A stretch of DNA of 64,000 nucleotides from Octopus vulgaris (Eukaryota): assembly GCA_951406725.2 (NCBI GenBank), contig OX597817.1, positions 101,060,001-101,124,000 on the forward strand. The letters run 5' to 3'. Both the position numbers and the translations under genes were made by a program. Each line of letters starts with the position of its first letter. Positions within the stretch are counted from its first letter, which is position 1. Below are positions 1 through 15,072 of this stretch, piece after piece. Under the pieces are notes generated by a model. That model had not been told where the DNA came from. It worked only from the letters and a program-made list of their open reading frames with translations, and did no database searches.

Positions 1-907
<907 letters not shown>

Positions 908-983
908 CTTTTATATATGTTTTTACTATTGTTTGTCTCTCATATATTGTTTGCCTACAATAGAAAAAAAATATTGCTATATC

Positions 984-1820
984 AAGGCGGTGAGTTGGCT
1001 GAACCCTTAGCACACTGGACAAAATGCATAGCGTCATTTCGTCTGTCTTTACGTTCTGAATTCAAATTCCACATTGGGCCAAATTTGCGTTTCCTCCACT
1101 CAGAGTCGATTAAATATGTACCAGCAGGTCACTGGGATCCATGTAATCGACTAGTCCCCTCAACCTAAATAACTGGCCTGGTGTCCAAATTTGAAATTAT
1201 TATTATTAAGGCGGCGAGCTGGCAGAATCGTTATCACGCCTGGCGAAATGTTTAACAGTGTTTCGTCTGCCGTTACGTTCTGAGTTCAAATTCTGCCGAG
1301 GTTGACTTTGTCTTTCATCCTTTCGGGGTCGATTAAATAAGTACCAGTTACGCACTGGGGTCGATATAATCGACTTAATCCGTTTGTCTGTCCTTGTTTG
1401 TCCTCTCTGTGTTTAGCCCCTTGTGGGTAGTAAAGAAATAGGTACTTCGTCTGTTGCTACATTCTGAGTTCGAATTCCGCTGAGGTCGACTTTGCCTTCC
1501 ATCTTTTTGGACTCGATGAATTAAGTACCAGGGAAACACTAGGGTCGATGTAATCGACTCATCCCCTCCCCAAAATTTAATAGAAAGTATTATGAGTAGT
1601 AGATAAGGCAACGAGCTGGCAGAATCGTTAGCACACCGGGCAAAATACTTAGCGGCATTTCGTCCGTCCTTTCGTTCCGAGTTCTAATTCCTCCGCTGCT
1701 GATTTTGCCTTAGATCTTTCCGTGGTCGCTAAAATAAGTACCAGTTGAGCACTGGAGTCTATGTAATCGACTTAGCGCCTCTCCGAAATTTCTCGCCTTT
1801 TCCAAAATTTGAAACCATAA
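984..1820 (+). mobile_element. Cluster of four tandem tRNA-derived SINE copies, family 1 (about 984-1195, 1208-1440, 1441-1580, 1605-1820)
   Basis: Repeated head AAGGCGGCGAGCTGGCAGAATCGTTAG, B-box-like GAGTTCAAATTC, core GCCTTTCATCCTTTCGGGGTCGAT..AAGTACCAG; near-identical to 53912-54143. Confidence 0.85.
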
Positions 1821-2640
1821 TTGTGTGAAGTAGCAGCAACAGGAACAGCAGTAGTAGCGTACCATAAGTTGTGTTAAATGATGAAGAGTGTAAAAGTGAA
1901 ATATTTACAGAAATATTTGCTTTTAATCGACCATTTTTTTTTAAAGAATTTCTAAACATATTCCAATGTAATTCATAACTTTAGTTCATTTTTTCTTCTT
2001 CAACTTATTCTTTTTACAGTCTGGTTTTTATTTTTCAATGTGTCTTTCTCATTATTTGTCATTGTAATTACTTCTCGCCATAATTCTTCTGTGCATTTGC
2101 TACAAACTTGTCTTTATTACTCCACTTCGTTCTGACAGAAATGGTCGTGTAACTTTAGTTCTATTCTGTATAATTAATTAAATAATATTTAATCTTTACA
2201 TTTTTCTTTTGCATGAAAATTATTTGATATATAGTTATTACCTTTCAGCTAAACTTGTAACTTATCTTTTGCACACAGATGTTAGTATTGACATCCAGTT
2301 TACGTGTCTTACTTTCAAGTTTTGCATCTTTATCCTTCTACTACTTCCTTCCTTGTACCTTGTCGTTTATTTCTTTCTTTCTACCCCTCTCTTCGTTTCA
2401 TCATTTCGTACTATGTTTTATCGCTGCAAGCATCCTTTCTCTCTTTCTCTCTCTCTCCCTCCCCTCTCTCTCTCAATTTCTGTTTTTCTCTCAATCCATC
2501 ATCACCCTTTCGGTTTTCCCTCCCACAAGTCACCGCTTTTTTCCGAATAGTGGTTTTCCAGTTGTTGGTTTGTCTGTCTTGTTTTCTTTCAGGCCGCTGT
2601 GCGTAACTTATCTCTCTATGTTTCTCTTTACCTCTCGAAT

Positions 2641-2795
<155 letters not shown>

Positions 2796-3724
2796 ATTTC
2801 TTTCTTTCTTCCTTGTACTTACCTTTCTATTGCTTTTTCTGTTTACAATTTTCACTTAACTATCTCTCTATCCTTTTCTCTACGTACTTTTCTTTCTCTA
2901 TTTCCTATCTTTCCTTCTATCACTATTTTTCTCTATCATTCTATCTCTATCTGCATATGTATCTACCAATCTGCCAAGTTTGTTATTTTCATATTCTGAA
3001 ACCATGAGGCACTTATTTGTTGGACATGCATTTGTCATCCGCTTTACTTCACTTCTGATATGGCGTTTGTTTATGTCTTAAAATATGAGAAAATTGCATT
3101 CAATAGAACTTACAATCAGTTATGATAGAAGATATCTCCATCGTAAGTGATTGTTAAGTTCTGCTTCTGAAGAAGCTTCATTTTCATTTACAGCAGGTGT
3201 TTCACATTGCTACGGACTTCACATGATTGTAATTCCACATTATCATAAAAGGAATGAATTCTGGAAAATATATTTTGGGAGAATGCTACGTTTCGGAAGT
3301 ATTTTCCACAGTGCTACTCAGTGTATGATGTCAAAAGCTTTGGCCAGATAATAAAACAAAATGTGTAGAGGCTTGTTTGGCTCCTTGTCTTTTTCTGACA
3401 GATAGTGGTGAGCAAAAATAATGTGAAGGAAATTCGGCTGCTGTTTTAAGCAGTTGGAAAGGTCGCGTAAGAGATCATTCCCATTTTTGCACGTGGTGAA
3501 TTTTGTTGTTGCTTTATTTTCTTAAATAGATTTGCTTATTATTTTCAGTGTGACGAACGATCATATTCCAGTTGCTTTTTAAACAAAATTGTCTGCTAAT
3601 GATTGAAGATCTTTCTCTTACTCCCATGTTCTCCCTTTACTTTCTGTTGTACGCTTTCTGTTTCATTACGTCAAAATAGGTGTTTGAAATATCACCCAAG
3701 TTATTTCAGCTTTACTTCAGCTGT

Positions 3725-3896
3725 TTCGTAGTCAGCTTGCTTTCCAGCCACATGGTCCCGAATTCAGTCCCACTGCCTGGCAACTTCAGCAAGTGCCTCT
3801 ACTATAGCCTCAGGCCGACAAAAGCCTTGTGAGTGGATTTGGTAGGCGGAAACTCGAAGAAGCCCGTCACACACACACACACACATGCATACATAC

Positions 3897-3940
<44 letters not shown>

Positions 3941-4115
3941 GTGTTTGCTCCATTTCACCGCTTGTCAAATGGTATTATAGGTTTACGTACCCGTAGCTTA
4001 GCTGTTCATACTATGCTATTTCAAAAGTATTGGGGCCGAATCATTCGATTAAAATTCGCTCAAGGTGGTTTCCCAGCATGGTTGCAGTTTAATGACTGAA
4101 ACGAGTATAAGATTA
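3725..4115 (+). mobile_element. tRNA-derived SINE, family 2, with internal (CA)n/(TA)n
   Basis: TTCAGTCCCACTGC..GGCA..CAAGTG.CT.CTACTATAGCCTC.GGCCGAC..AAAGCCTTGTGAGTGGATTTGGTAG; the same sequence occurs on the minus strand at ~55940-56375 and ~60880-61243. Confidence 0.8.
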
Positions 4116-5534
4116 AAGAGATAAAAGATATACACTCATATACACGTGTGTGTCCCCACACATATATGAATTCCTGTCCGATTTACAAGCCTATGTCACA
4201 AGCCAATTAAGATTGATATTCACACACGTATAATGACTTATCTCTATTCCACACGTCAATAAATAAATGAAGCATTTGGTGGAGTCATTGGCGTTGGTTG
4301 CCATGCTGCTGTTGTGTTGGTAATACAGATTTTAGTATCAAGATATAGAAAAGTAATGGATAGATACATCAGATCAATTTATAAGTGCAAGAATTAAAGC
4401 TTCGACGAAAGACGCAAAAGTTACATAATTAAGATAGGCTATGAATTTTCTTATAGTAAAGAAAACTATGAAACGTTATTCATGCAGATAAATGATATCA
4501 CTTTTTAACTGCCAGTTTCTAACACAAGAAGTGCCACGTTCCTGAAAGCTGAATAATATATAACAGATTTAGGTCTCTTTATTTGTGTAATGTTTATGAG
4601 GAATTCTATTTCAATTCCACTGTGTAGTACTTTGAACAAGTGTCTTAACCCATACCATTTGAGTAGAACTTGGTAGATGGAAATTTAGTGGAAACTCAGC
4701 GGATATTTGCGTGTATATTCTTTCAATTTTGACATGTTTTAGTCTTTGAACTGCAGTCAATCGGGATACCTCTTTGAAGAATTTAGTTGAACAAATCGAC
4801 TCCAGTATTTATTCTTTTTAAGTCATGTACTTATTCTTTTGTATTTTCTATCAAATCACTAGTCACAGGGACATAAGGAAGCCAACACCGGTATGTGAGG
4901 AGAAGGGCAAAATCAAACACAGAAATATATGTACTATGGTTTATGAATATATATCATGCACAACCAAAAATGCTACTAATAGTTTCATGCTATTATGATA
5001 CCTGAAGAGTCATATTTATGAAATACGCCTCGTATCCCCAAGCAATCTTTCAGGTCCTGTTTATGCATTCTATATATTTGGAAAAGCAAGGACGCTGGAC
5101 AGTGAGAAAATAAGAAAAAAAATATATATGAAGAAGACTGGTGCAAAAAATGGACTGAGAAAAAAGAAAAAAAGAAACGCAATCTAGAAAACTATGGCAC
5201 TCGTCCAACTTGATTGTAAAAAGCACATCTAGTATAGAACAAAATAAAATACATCTAGTATAGAACGAAATAACAGAAAATATGTCAAAGTTTACGACCC
5301 AGCAGCTCAGTCTAAAGCGGGTGGTGTCCTCCAATTCGATAAAAAGAAACTTGTCCATGTGTTTACACCTGCTAAAAATGTCTTCAGTCAGAGTGGACGG
5401 GGATCTTAGTTTGTTTTATTTTGTTTCTTTTTTTCTTTTTTCTCGTTTCATTTTTTTACACTAACCTTCTTCAAGGTTTTCCATGATTTTTATTTATTTT
5501 CTCGATGTTCAGCTTCCTTGCTTTTTAAAATATA

Positions 5535-7156
5535 CAGTTGCGGCCAAAATGTTCAGAAAGGCATTGTTTTCATCAGAAAAGTAGGTATAAGTTTTTATCA
5601 AAGTTGTTTTATATTCTATAATTTTCACACACAATAAATACAATATTAATTGTTATTGTCTGAGATTTTGGTGTAATTTGAGAAGATAATACAAAAGTTA
5701 TGGATGATTTAGTGATTTACTGCAAAACCCATGGCGGCCAAAATGATCAGAACAGTTGAAAAAATAACAAAATAATCAAAAATGACAGAGAATACTGGAA
5801 TTATTTAATATTTAGTGTGAAACCCTTTAGCTTCAATCACACTCTGACATCATGAAGAAATTACATTTTCAATTTCTTGCTGGGTGATCTTATTCCATTT
5901 TTCCTGAAGGGCATTCCGTAATTGCTCAGTTGTTTTAGGATTTCTGGCTTTCGAACGTTCTCCTAGAATATTCCATACATTTTCAATAGGATTGAGATCT
6001 GGGCTTTGAGCAGGCCAATCCATAACAATAACCTTTTCAGCCTTGAGGAAGTTCATGACCACCTTAGCCTTGCGACATGGGGCATTGTCCTGCATGAATA
6101 TGGGTGGTCGCTTAGTTGAATTTCTCAGCACAGGCAAGACATGATCTTTTACAAGTTGTTTATAAACTCCTGCATTTATTTACCTTTCCATGTAATCGCA
6201 CCAAAGGGCTCACACCATCTCCAGATATCATCCCCCAAACCATGACACTTCCTCCACCGAATTTAACACTAGTCTTAAGGCATTTAGGCGACAATTTTTC
6301 ACCTACTTTTCTACGAACATACCTTTTCCCATCTGAGCCAAATAACATAAACTTAGATTCATCACTGAAATGCACTGTTTGCCATTTTTCTTGAGACCAC
6401 AACACATGTTCGGTTGTAAAGGTAAGACGACACTTTTTATTCTTGGAGCTGATCAGTAGCTTCACTGCAGGTGCTCTTGCACGTAGGTCATGTTCAACTA
6501 AACGACGAAACAGTTTTTCGAGATAAAGTTTTCTTCAATACAATGTTCATTTTCCGAGAAACAGCAGCAGCAGTTTTAAATCTGTCCTTTTTAACCAACT
6601 TTACCATAGCACGATCTTCTCTCTTGGTCGTTTTTCTTGGCCTACCTGTAAACTTTCTTGCTTCACACGAACCACAATCATCGTAGACCTTAAGAATACC
6701 GTGTACAACACTTTTTGACTTGTTAACAATTTTTGCAATAGATCCAATACTTAAATTGTCCTTCCTTCGAAGCTTAATAATCTGCTGACGAATTGGTAAC
6801 GGAGTAAGTGGCATTATATTAACAAAGTACACTGCAAATATTCTTACTAATGTTTAGTAAACGAACCGTCACGTAAACAAATTCAAAACATTAGAGTTCG
6901 CCGGTTAAATATACTAAAACACGGAGTAAAAGCAACCGTTCTGATCATTTTGGCCGCCATGGGTTTTGCAGTAAATCACTAAATCATCCATAACTTTTGT
7001 ATTATCCTCTCAATTTACACCAAAATCTCAGGCACTAACAAATAATATTGTATTTATTGTCTGTGAAAATTATAGAATATAAAACAACTTTGATAAAAAA
7101 TTATATCTACTTTTCTGACGAAAACAATGCCGTTCTGAATATTTTGACCGCCACTG
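5535..7156 (-). mobile_element. Tc1-family DNA transposon, full length, ~224-bp IR/DR-type TIRs, TA target duplication
   Basis: TA|CAGTTGCGGCCAAAAT ... ATTTTGACCGCCACTG|TA. TIRs at 5535-5758 and 6933-7156, each with an inner direct repeat GGCCAAAATG.TCAGAA. Confidence 0.95.
5805..6814 (-). pseudogene. Tc1 transposase (DD34E), frameshifted
   Basis: MPLTPLPIRQQII..GRPRKTT, FSDESKF, VMVWG, QDNAP-(34 aa)-SPDLNPIENVW, ..GFHTKY*; split across three ORFs. Confidence 0.93.
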
Positions 7157-8059
7157 TATATAACGCATAAAAACAGAGCCTGATAAATTGCTTGGAGATG
7201 CATGACGTATTTTATAAATATGCTTGTTCAAGTATCATAAAAGCATGAAACTATTAATAGCTCTTTCAGTATGTGTATTAAAATGATATTTATCTCTCAC
7301 TGGATGGAGTACTTTTTTGTTGATTCTACCTCTACTGGATCTATAAACTACGATGTAGATATAATAATTTCAGTTGTTTTCTTGAGTATTAAATTAATAA
7401 AAAGATGATGAAAATACAGATGTGTTCAGGAAGAGAAAACAGGATTCCTTATTAGAGCGTAAGGTGTAATTTGAGGGAGATGCGGCAGCTGTTTCTAGCA
7501 GGCAGAATTTCTCAACTGTAGTTACTAGAGGCGGATTCACGTATCATTGCAAACTCCTAATCACAGTGTGAATTACTCTTGTGAGCTTGTCCATGATGCT
7601 AACATCCTTGACTAGTCATGTTGTTAACATTTTATTAAGTTCTCTCACTATTTCGAGAAGATGGTTAAATTTCAACACAAACAAATATTTCTAATTTGAA
7701 AAAATACTTTTGCATTGCGTCTAGTAAAAATCAAGCAAAAAAGAAAATGCAAGAGCGATAAAAGCTTTTTACATGTAAGGCATTAAAGCTAATTAGTTAA
7801 TAATGCCACTTTATACCTGGGTTTATAGTTCAATCATTTTTCTTGTGTATTTCATTTATTATTTCGGCCTGGTATTTTTAGTATTTTTATGTTTTATTTG
7901 TTGTTTAAACGAACCATTTAATGAAATGAAATGTCACAGCTATTATAACAATGCAATATATGTGTTGTCGGTTCAAACAAACTCACTAAATTAACTCGCA
8001 ATTTTCAGTTTCTAAGCATACTGTTTGGGTAAGGCTGTATAAGTTATTTGATCTGCGCT

Positions 8060-8211
8060 ATATACATACATACATACATACATACATACATACATACATA
8101 CATACATACATACATGCATGCATGCATACATATAAACATACATACATACATATATCTATATCTATATTTATATATCTATATTTATATATCTATATCTATA
8201 ATGTATATATA

Positions 8212-8252
<41 letters not shown>

Positions 8253-8268
8253 GGAGAGAAAGAGAGAG

Positions 8269-8320
<52 letters not shown>

Positions 8321-8383
8321 GGATAGATAGATAAATAGATAAATAGATGAATTGATAGCTAGCTAGCTAGCTAGCTAGGTAGT

Positions 8384-8482
<99 letters not shown>
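8060..8482. repeat. Compound microsatellite (TACA)n/(TA)n/(GA)n/(GATA)n
   Basis: Directly visible. Confidence 0.95.
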
Positions 8483-11400
8483 GTATTGCATGTATTTATA
8501 TTATATTTTATAAAATAAATATTTTACCAAATATTTTTCTGATATATGTATATTTCCGTCAAAAGCTTAATACCTTAAATTTTATTTATAAGATTTTCAT
8601 CTCAACAAGGATTATCAGATATGAAAAGGTCAAAGATTCGTCGAGAGATTCAAAGAGACTCACATGAATTTAAAAAAGGACCTTTATAGAATCAGAAAGT
8701 TAAGATGCAAAACTAAATAAAGAACGCATTCTATCTAGTACAATGCAATTTCATTTACCGCGTTCATCACAACCACATCTGAAGTTTCTTTTACAGTTAG
8801 CAAGTTGCATTATTGAAAAACCTAATTGCATTTGGTTCAGTATAATGCTACTAATTTGCCTATCCATTCGTAATGTTGAAAGTGAAGGTTTCATTGCAAT
8901 GGAAACTGGATTCAATATAAGAAAAAGTAATCAATTAAAAATTGTAACAGGAAATATGTTCCCTCGTTGTTTAGTTATTTATTGTAAATTTGTAAATGAG
9001 TCTATATATTTATATACATATCTAGGTATACATCTATTGTTTTGTCTGTGAAAGAAGGTACTTTGTTTGGGGGTTTGGCTGCATGTATATGTTCACGTAG
9101 GTCTATGTTTCTGTTTCTATATCGTTTTATTCATTACTGATGACAACACAAAGCAAAATACTGATTAGCAGGGTTATTTTCCCCATAATCTCAATGTTAA
9201 TCGAAACCACTCTAAATGAACATAATAAAAAATCTAATAATTATTTAAAAAACAAACAAAAACGAAACTTTCAAAATACTTAACTAAAATTTCATAAATT
9301 TTTTGTGCCATACTTCAAATTTCATTTATAATCAAGAGCAGTGACAATGTACAACAAATCTGTAGAATTTTATCATAAATAAAGTTTCGTGCTTTATTTA
9401 CTGCCATGTACATGAGGAAGAGAGAAAAATAATACATTTCTATTAACTTGTTTTTTTGAATAATTTTTAAACACTGTCATTCGAACAACTCATATTTTTT
9501 TCTCTTCATGTATCTTCCTGAAGCAGCAAAGTATTTTATTCAAGTTCTGCCGAACTTACATGCTTCGTTTGATTTTAAAGGTTCCTGTCAACAAGAAATT
9601 GCTCAGTTGCAAAATATTGTATAAGATATTTTTCCGGCTATTTTCTTCGTTTTTTGTTTTATTTTATTTTGATTTCTTGATTGTCAGCTTCAGACGGATA
9701 CTAAATGACATGATCCGTTAATTATTTTAAATGTGATTTAAATAAAACATAAACATCTATATCAGTTTTCTTCCAATTTTAGTTATTTCATTAATAATCA
9801 TTTTCTCTATTAGGGTATGGTCAGTGAAATTGATAACAAAGCAAATATGTTTTCAAATCGCATATTGCTTGTTGCTAGTTTGCACAGAAACATTTTCAGA
9901 AAGACCAGTGTTACACGTCAAATTTCAGCTAAGTATGATAAGTTTCTACCGAATGCATTTCTGTGACTGGTTGTTTCCAATCACTGAAATGCACGTGATC
10001 TTTGTAAAGTGTTAATATGTGTAGCAGAGATCTGCTTCTTTTTTTTCATGCCTGTCTCCACCTAGACCTACATATTTCTGTCCTCATTTTTATAAACCCC
10101 ATTCAGTTTCTCAGTTTTTGCCTTCGCTATAAAAATATTCCACGCTCTTAAAACTTTTTCATTCTTCCATCTTCTCACAGGATATTGTTGGCTCCAAATT
10201 TATTGCTGAACAGATTTCTTTTCCTCCTCTCATCTCCTCACTCCTTCCTCTCTTTGGGTCATGTGCTCTAAACGATTCAATCTTGACCAAGGCAGTGGAC
10301 TTTTCACGATTTAGTTTCCTCCCTCAGCAATTTGAATTCGTTTATCTGTGACTCTGTACATTCATCATCTTAACAAGCAGCTCTATAAATGCTTGCGAAC
10401 ACTAAGGTACAGAGATTTCACCAATTTGTTGGTAATCGTCACATTATTCTCACATTTAAGAATAGTGGTCACTGTTTCTAAGAACTTATGGAGACGACGA
10501 AGGTATTAACTGTCCCTTCGCATTTTCAACTCATTCCTTTCCTTCCTAAACTGTTCTAATCCCCTTCCACGGTGGATGTCTAATCTATCTATACCGTTGT
10601 TCCCAATGAAGATGGAATCCTTGCAATTACGTATGGCCTGAAAAATATTTTAAAGCTGTTTATATATATTATTACATGACTGAGATTTACCAGTACGTGG
10701 TTATTGTAACGGATTTCTTTCTCTTTTTTTTTTTGATAATGCTTTTTAATAAGCTAAGCGGTCAGCAATTCTAGATTCTTTTCTATAACATCGGTGATTA
10801 GAAATATGTTTAGTTATCATCCTCATATATATGAGAAATGCATATTTATATAATCATTACCAGTTCTTCCTCTTGATAGCATTAACCGTTTCCGATTGAA
10901 GAATATGAATTTTCATCTCATTTATCCCTTCTTGCTCGCCAATCACTATATTTGAAAGAAATAGCTGCCAAATGCCATTCAGACCATACACTACAGTTTT
11001 AAAAATGAACACATAGGTACTGTGTCTATAAAATATAAAGAAGGCCACAGATTCAAGGATGCCCGGGGTTAATCAATAATAATTATGTGAGTTGGGTCTA
11101 GTTTTGTACAGATTTCGATTACTGGCAATCAATTTCTATTAAGAAATATATTAATGCTCTCCACATTCAGACTACATCAAACAAAATGGATACTTTTGAA
11201 ATGACTTAAATAAAGTATACTCTATTCCAATAAGATTTCATGAATTTTATCCTTCTACACGTTATTAAATTTTGTTAATGAAAAATACTGATTCTATATG
11301 AGTGGTTACAACTAATGTGGTATGATTCACCTTATTTACAATCTTTAAATGTAATTAGAATTTAAATGATAATACTGATAATGATAATTACTTTTGAAAG

Positions 11401-13195
11401 TTTCGATAAAATTTCATTTATCCTGTGAAGTATAGGATCTAATTATTTTGCCGTGATCTACGACTGACTGTAAGAAGAGCAGAAAATGTGGTCGTCACTT
11501 AGTTGTGATGCCTGTATATGAGGGAAAAGGTGATGTTTGAAAGAATGATGTTAATGTGCATAAAGGGATGAGAGAGATATTCAAAAGAGAGGTGGAATTA
11601 GAGGAGGGATTCCAAGTGTGGCGAGGTAAAGATATAATGAGGAAACCAAGAATTGGAGAGGGAACATAGCAAATATCATAGCCTCAAACGAGGTAAAGTG
11701 AAAGGAAGTGAAGGGTTACATTAAAAGGGAGTGAGGTGGGGAAATGGTAAATAAAGTAAGCCGGCAACTAAAGGGCAATAGCAGCTTATGAATAACTATT
11801 CACTGATATAGTTAACCATATGATCCCACACTGAATCTCATACAATTCTTTCAATTATGTTGTATAGAATACTAATTTTAAATGAATAGAAAAGAAAAAC
11901 AATTTATGGTATTGCCTTCAGTAGTAAATAAGACTACATACAAATATGAGCGTACACACACCCAGACGAGCATATACGTGCAAGCACAAATGAACACACA
12001 TCACATAAATGCATATAAACAATCGAATTGATTTGTAAGTAGAAATATACGTTTATTCCAATATACATACGTGAACAGAATTACTTAGAAGTATATGCAT
12101 CTACACGTATCTAAATACCCAAAATACATATGCACACACATACACCACATATACAAATACACTCATACAAATACACACATACATATAAACAAAAGAGATA
12201 TACAATTAAAAACACCACTTTCGCATTTAAAATATTAGATTTCACATCAGACAGCCTATCATTCTAAGTATGGAGAAGGTCACGTGGAGTAAGAATGAGA
12301 AAAGGAAGAGCAGAATCATAAAAGCTGAGACAGATATTATTTTCGGAGTTGAGATTATCCCAAGAGAGTTCTATCTTGTGTATGTGCAGTGTGTTATCGT
12401 ATATAAATTCAAACGTTGACTTCATACACAGTTGTAATATTAATTCATGTACGGTTCGAAGTTGTATGTCATGTTGACCATAGATTTGAGACCTAGTTAG
12501 GATGTGGTTTTGGAGATGAAAAGACAATTGCTGTATCTTAGGTAAAAACAAGAGGAATTTTCAGAATGGGTGGGTCTGACATGAGTGGATCTCCTGTTTA
12601 GGAGACCACATAGATTTGTTTTCCTTTTTAAAAGGTGCAGTGAAATCACGGAAACTCTGTTTTTTGTGGAATCCAATTGTAGAAAGAAGGCGATAGAGAG
12701 TAAAGGATACAAAATTCATAAAAACAAACAGACATGTCATAAGAGATATCATCAAGCATTTGAAATATTTTTTAAAGTTAATTTTTATATTTAAAATGAG
12801 TAGTTATAAACGCCTGCAAGAAAATAAAGTCAACGTCACTTTATTAAGTTACCATCAGCAAAATCGTCTCCAATATTTACCTGATACTTTATTCGATTTA
12901 GTTTCACTGAGACTTAATCCTAGACGTTAATGTCTTTAATTAAAAATACAGCAAGATGTTTTTCGAGTATTACGTGAAATCGTATGTATACGATTTGCAT
13001 GAACAGCCAAAAGAAACCCACGGCAGAAATAGGAATATTATATTTGAATACTTTTCTTTACACAACTTTTATTCCCTAAAATCCTGTTAAGCTTATGAAT
13101 ACATAGAAATATCTATTCATATATACTTTACGCTATAGTTGGTACCGAAGTGCATAAAAATATATCACTATACTTATCTATATCAATAAAAGAGA

Positions 13196-13624
13196 TCTAT
13201 ATATATAAAAGAGAGTTTGTATGTGTGTGTGTGTATGTGTGTGCGTGTGTGTGCGTGTGTGTATGTGTGTGCGTGTGCGTATGTGTGTCTGTGTATGTGT
13301 GTGTGTGCGTATGTTCCTTATGCATTCCAAAACCGAGTTGCCGATTTTGACGTATGGGGTATCAAAAGATTTAATAAGCTTTTGGCTATCAACTAAACTA
13401 TATTTTCATTCACATATTTGCATTACAAAAATTTAACATTATCATTTTTCTTTTACCCACCTATCGTAAACGACATTTCATATCACCACCACCACGACGA
13501 TGTCGTCACATATTCTATATGAGTGTGTTCGTGCGTTCATTACCTACATTAGGCCGATGACTGACAAGTATATGTATGTGACGGTGTATGTGTCTGTCAG
13601 TATACATACATTTTTGTGACGATT

Positions 13625-13660
<36 letters not shown>

Positions 13661-14653
13661 TCTAAAGACAGAGACAGACACACACAAGCTTCAGGTGTGC
13701 GTTAATGTGTGTGTGTGTCTTAGTTTATATAGATAACTCCCCACTACAACAGTGAAACGCACCGATATCGAAAGTTCACTTGAGGCCTGCACTTTAAACA
13801 AACAACGTTCACTTTCAAGTACTACCAACGTGAAGGTTTGGCTGATTTAACACCACTCATAATACTCGCAAATATATCTGAAAAAAATGTTATTCTAATT
13901 ATCATAACAAATTCGGAATCTAGGCGAAGTAGAAAACCTCAGCAGATCTTTCAGTATAATTACAGAAATGTTATTCCACTCCTTCTAAACTGTTTCAAGA
14001 TATGTTTTTTTAATGGTCCTGTTCTTCTCCTATGCTTCTTCACCACTGAGTATTAACGTCGCACAACCATTTTACTGTGTTAGGCAGAATTTATACTACA
14101 GCCTATAACGTTACACAGTTAAAAAAATATATAGTATTGTCAAATTAATTTATATCTTGCAACATAGATCCTTCAGCAAATATTTTAAATTAGCGTTCAC
14201 AGCAACAGCATCTTCTTTTTTATACACTTGGTTTAGCGTTCGTTTCAAAATTGTGAAATAAATTATTTTTCTATGAAAAATTGAATTATGCCTTCTGAAT
14301 TTTCTTGGACTTTCACTTTCTTCACCTGGACATTCATTCAATCGTGAATTCTATAAAATTTAATGCGTATTCCAAATAAATGTTGACTTTCTGTACCTTC
14401 TAACAATGGTGACGCATACTACCTTTTGCTAAATTAGTGACTTTCCATTTTTTATAGCATAACTATGCCACACAAAATATGTTTTGCACCTATATTGACT
14501 ACACTTAGTAACTTTTGCTAAATTAGTGACTTTCCATTTTTTATAGTATAACTATGCAACAGAAAGTATGTTTTGCACCTATATTGACTACATTTCGTTT
14601 CGCTTGAACTTCGTGTGTGTACGTTTTGCTGTTTTCAATATTATCAATTCTAT

Positions 14654-14715
<62 letters not shown>

Positions 14716-15072
14716 CTGCTTCTGCGTTTATATATATATTTCCAAATTCGTAATCTCTGTATTTTTCTACGTAGATAACCAAAAAAAAGTTACAAATTAA
14801 GAAATTGCGGTAAGGATACGGGGTAATTAAAATTTTGAAAACGAGATTTCTGAACAAAATCGTATTAAGCCCCTATTATACGATGAAATAATACGTAGGT
14901 TCTGATCTTTCTTAAGAACAGAAAACACTTTCATACAAACCCTTGCAAATTGCACCCTCGCCCTTCACTATTAAACAAACAATAACTATATATCTGTCCA
15001 TAAGAAAGGAGCAAATAATACAATGTGCTTGTAGGTCATAACACCCGGGCAATGACCGGAATGCATTGCTAG
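13196..15072 (+). mobile_element. Non-autonomous Helitron
   Basis: 5' A|TCTATATATATAAAAG; 3' hairpin CCGG-GCAATGA-CCGG followed by CTAG|T. Internal (TG)n tracts and an ~89-bp tandem duplication at 14423-14592. Confidence 0.75.

Noticed and set aside
1208-1300. tRNA-like A/B boxes
   Set aside because: These are SINE heads continuing into SINE core sequence; no complete cloverleaf tRNA gene recognised.
10080-12800. Faint LINE-like (11480-11760) and transposase-like (12270-12790) remnants
   Set aside because: Motifs are too decayed to support a call without a profile search.
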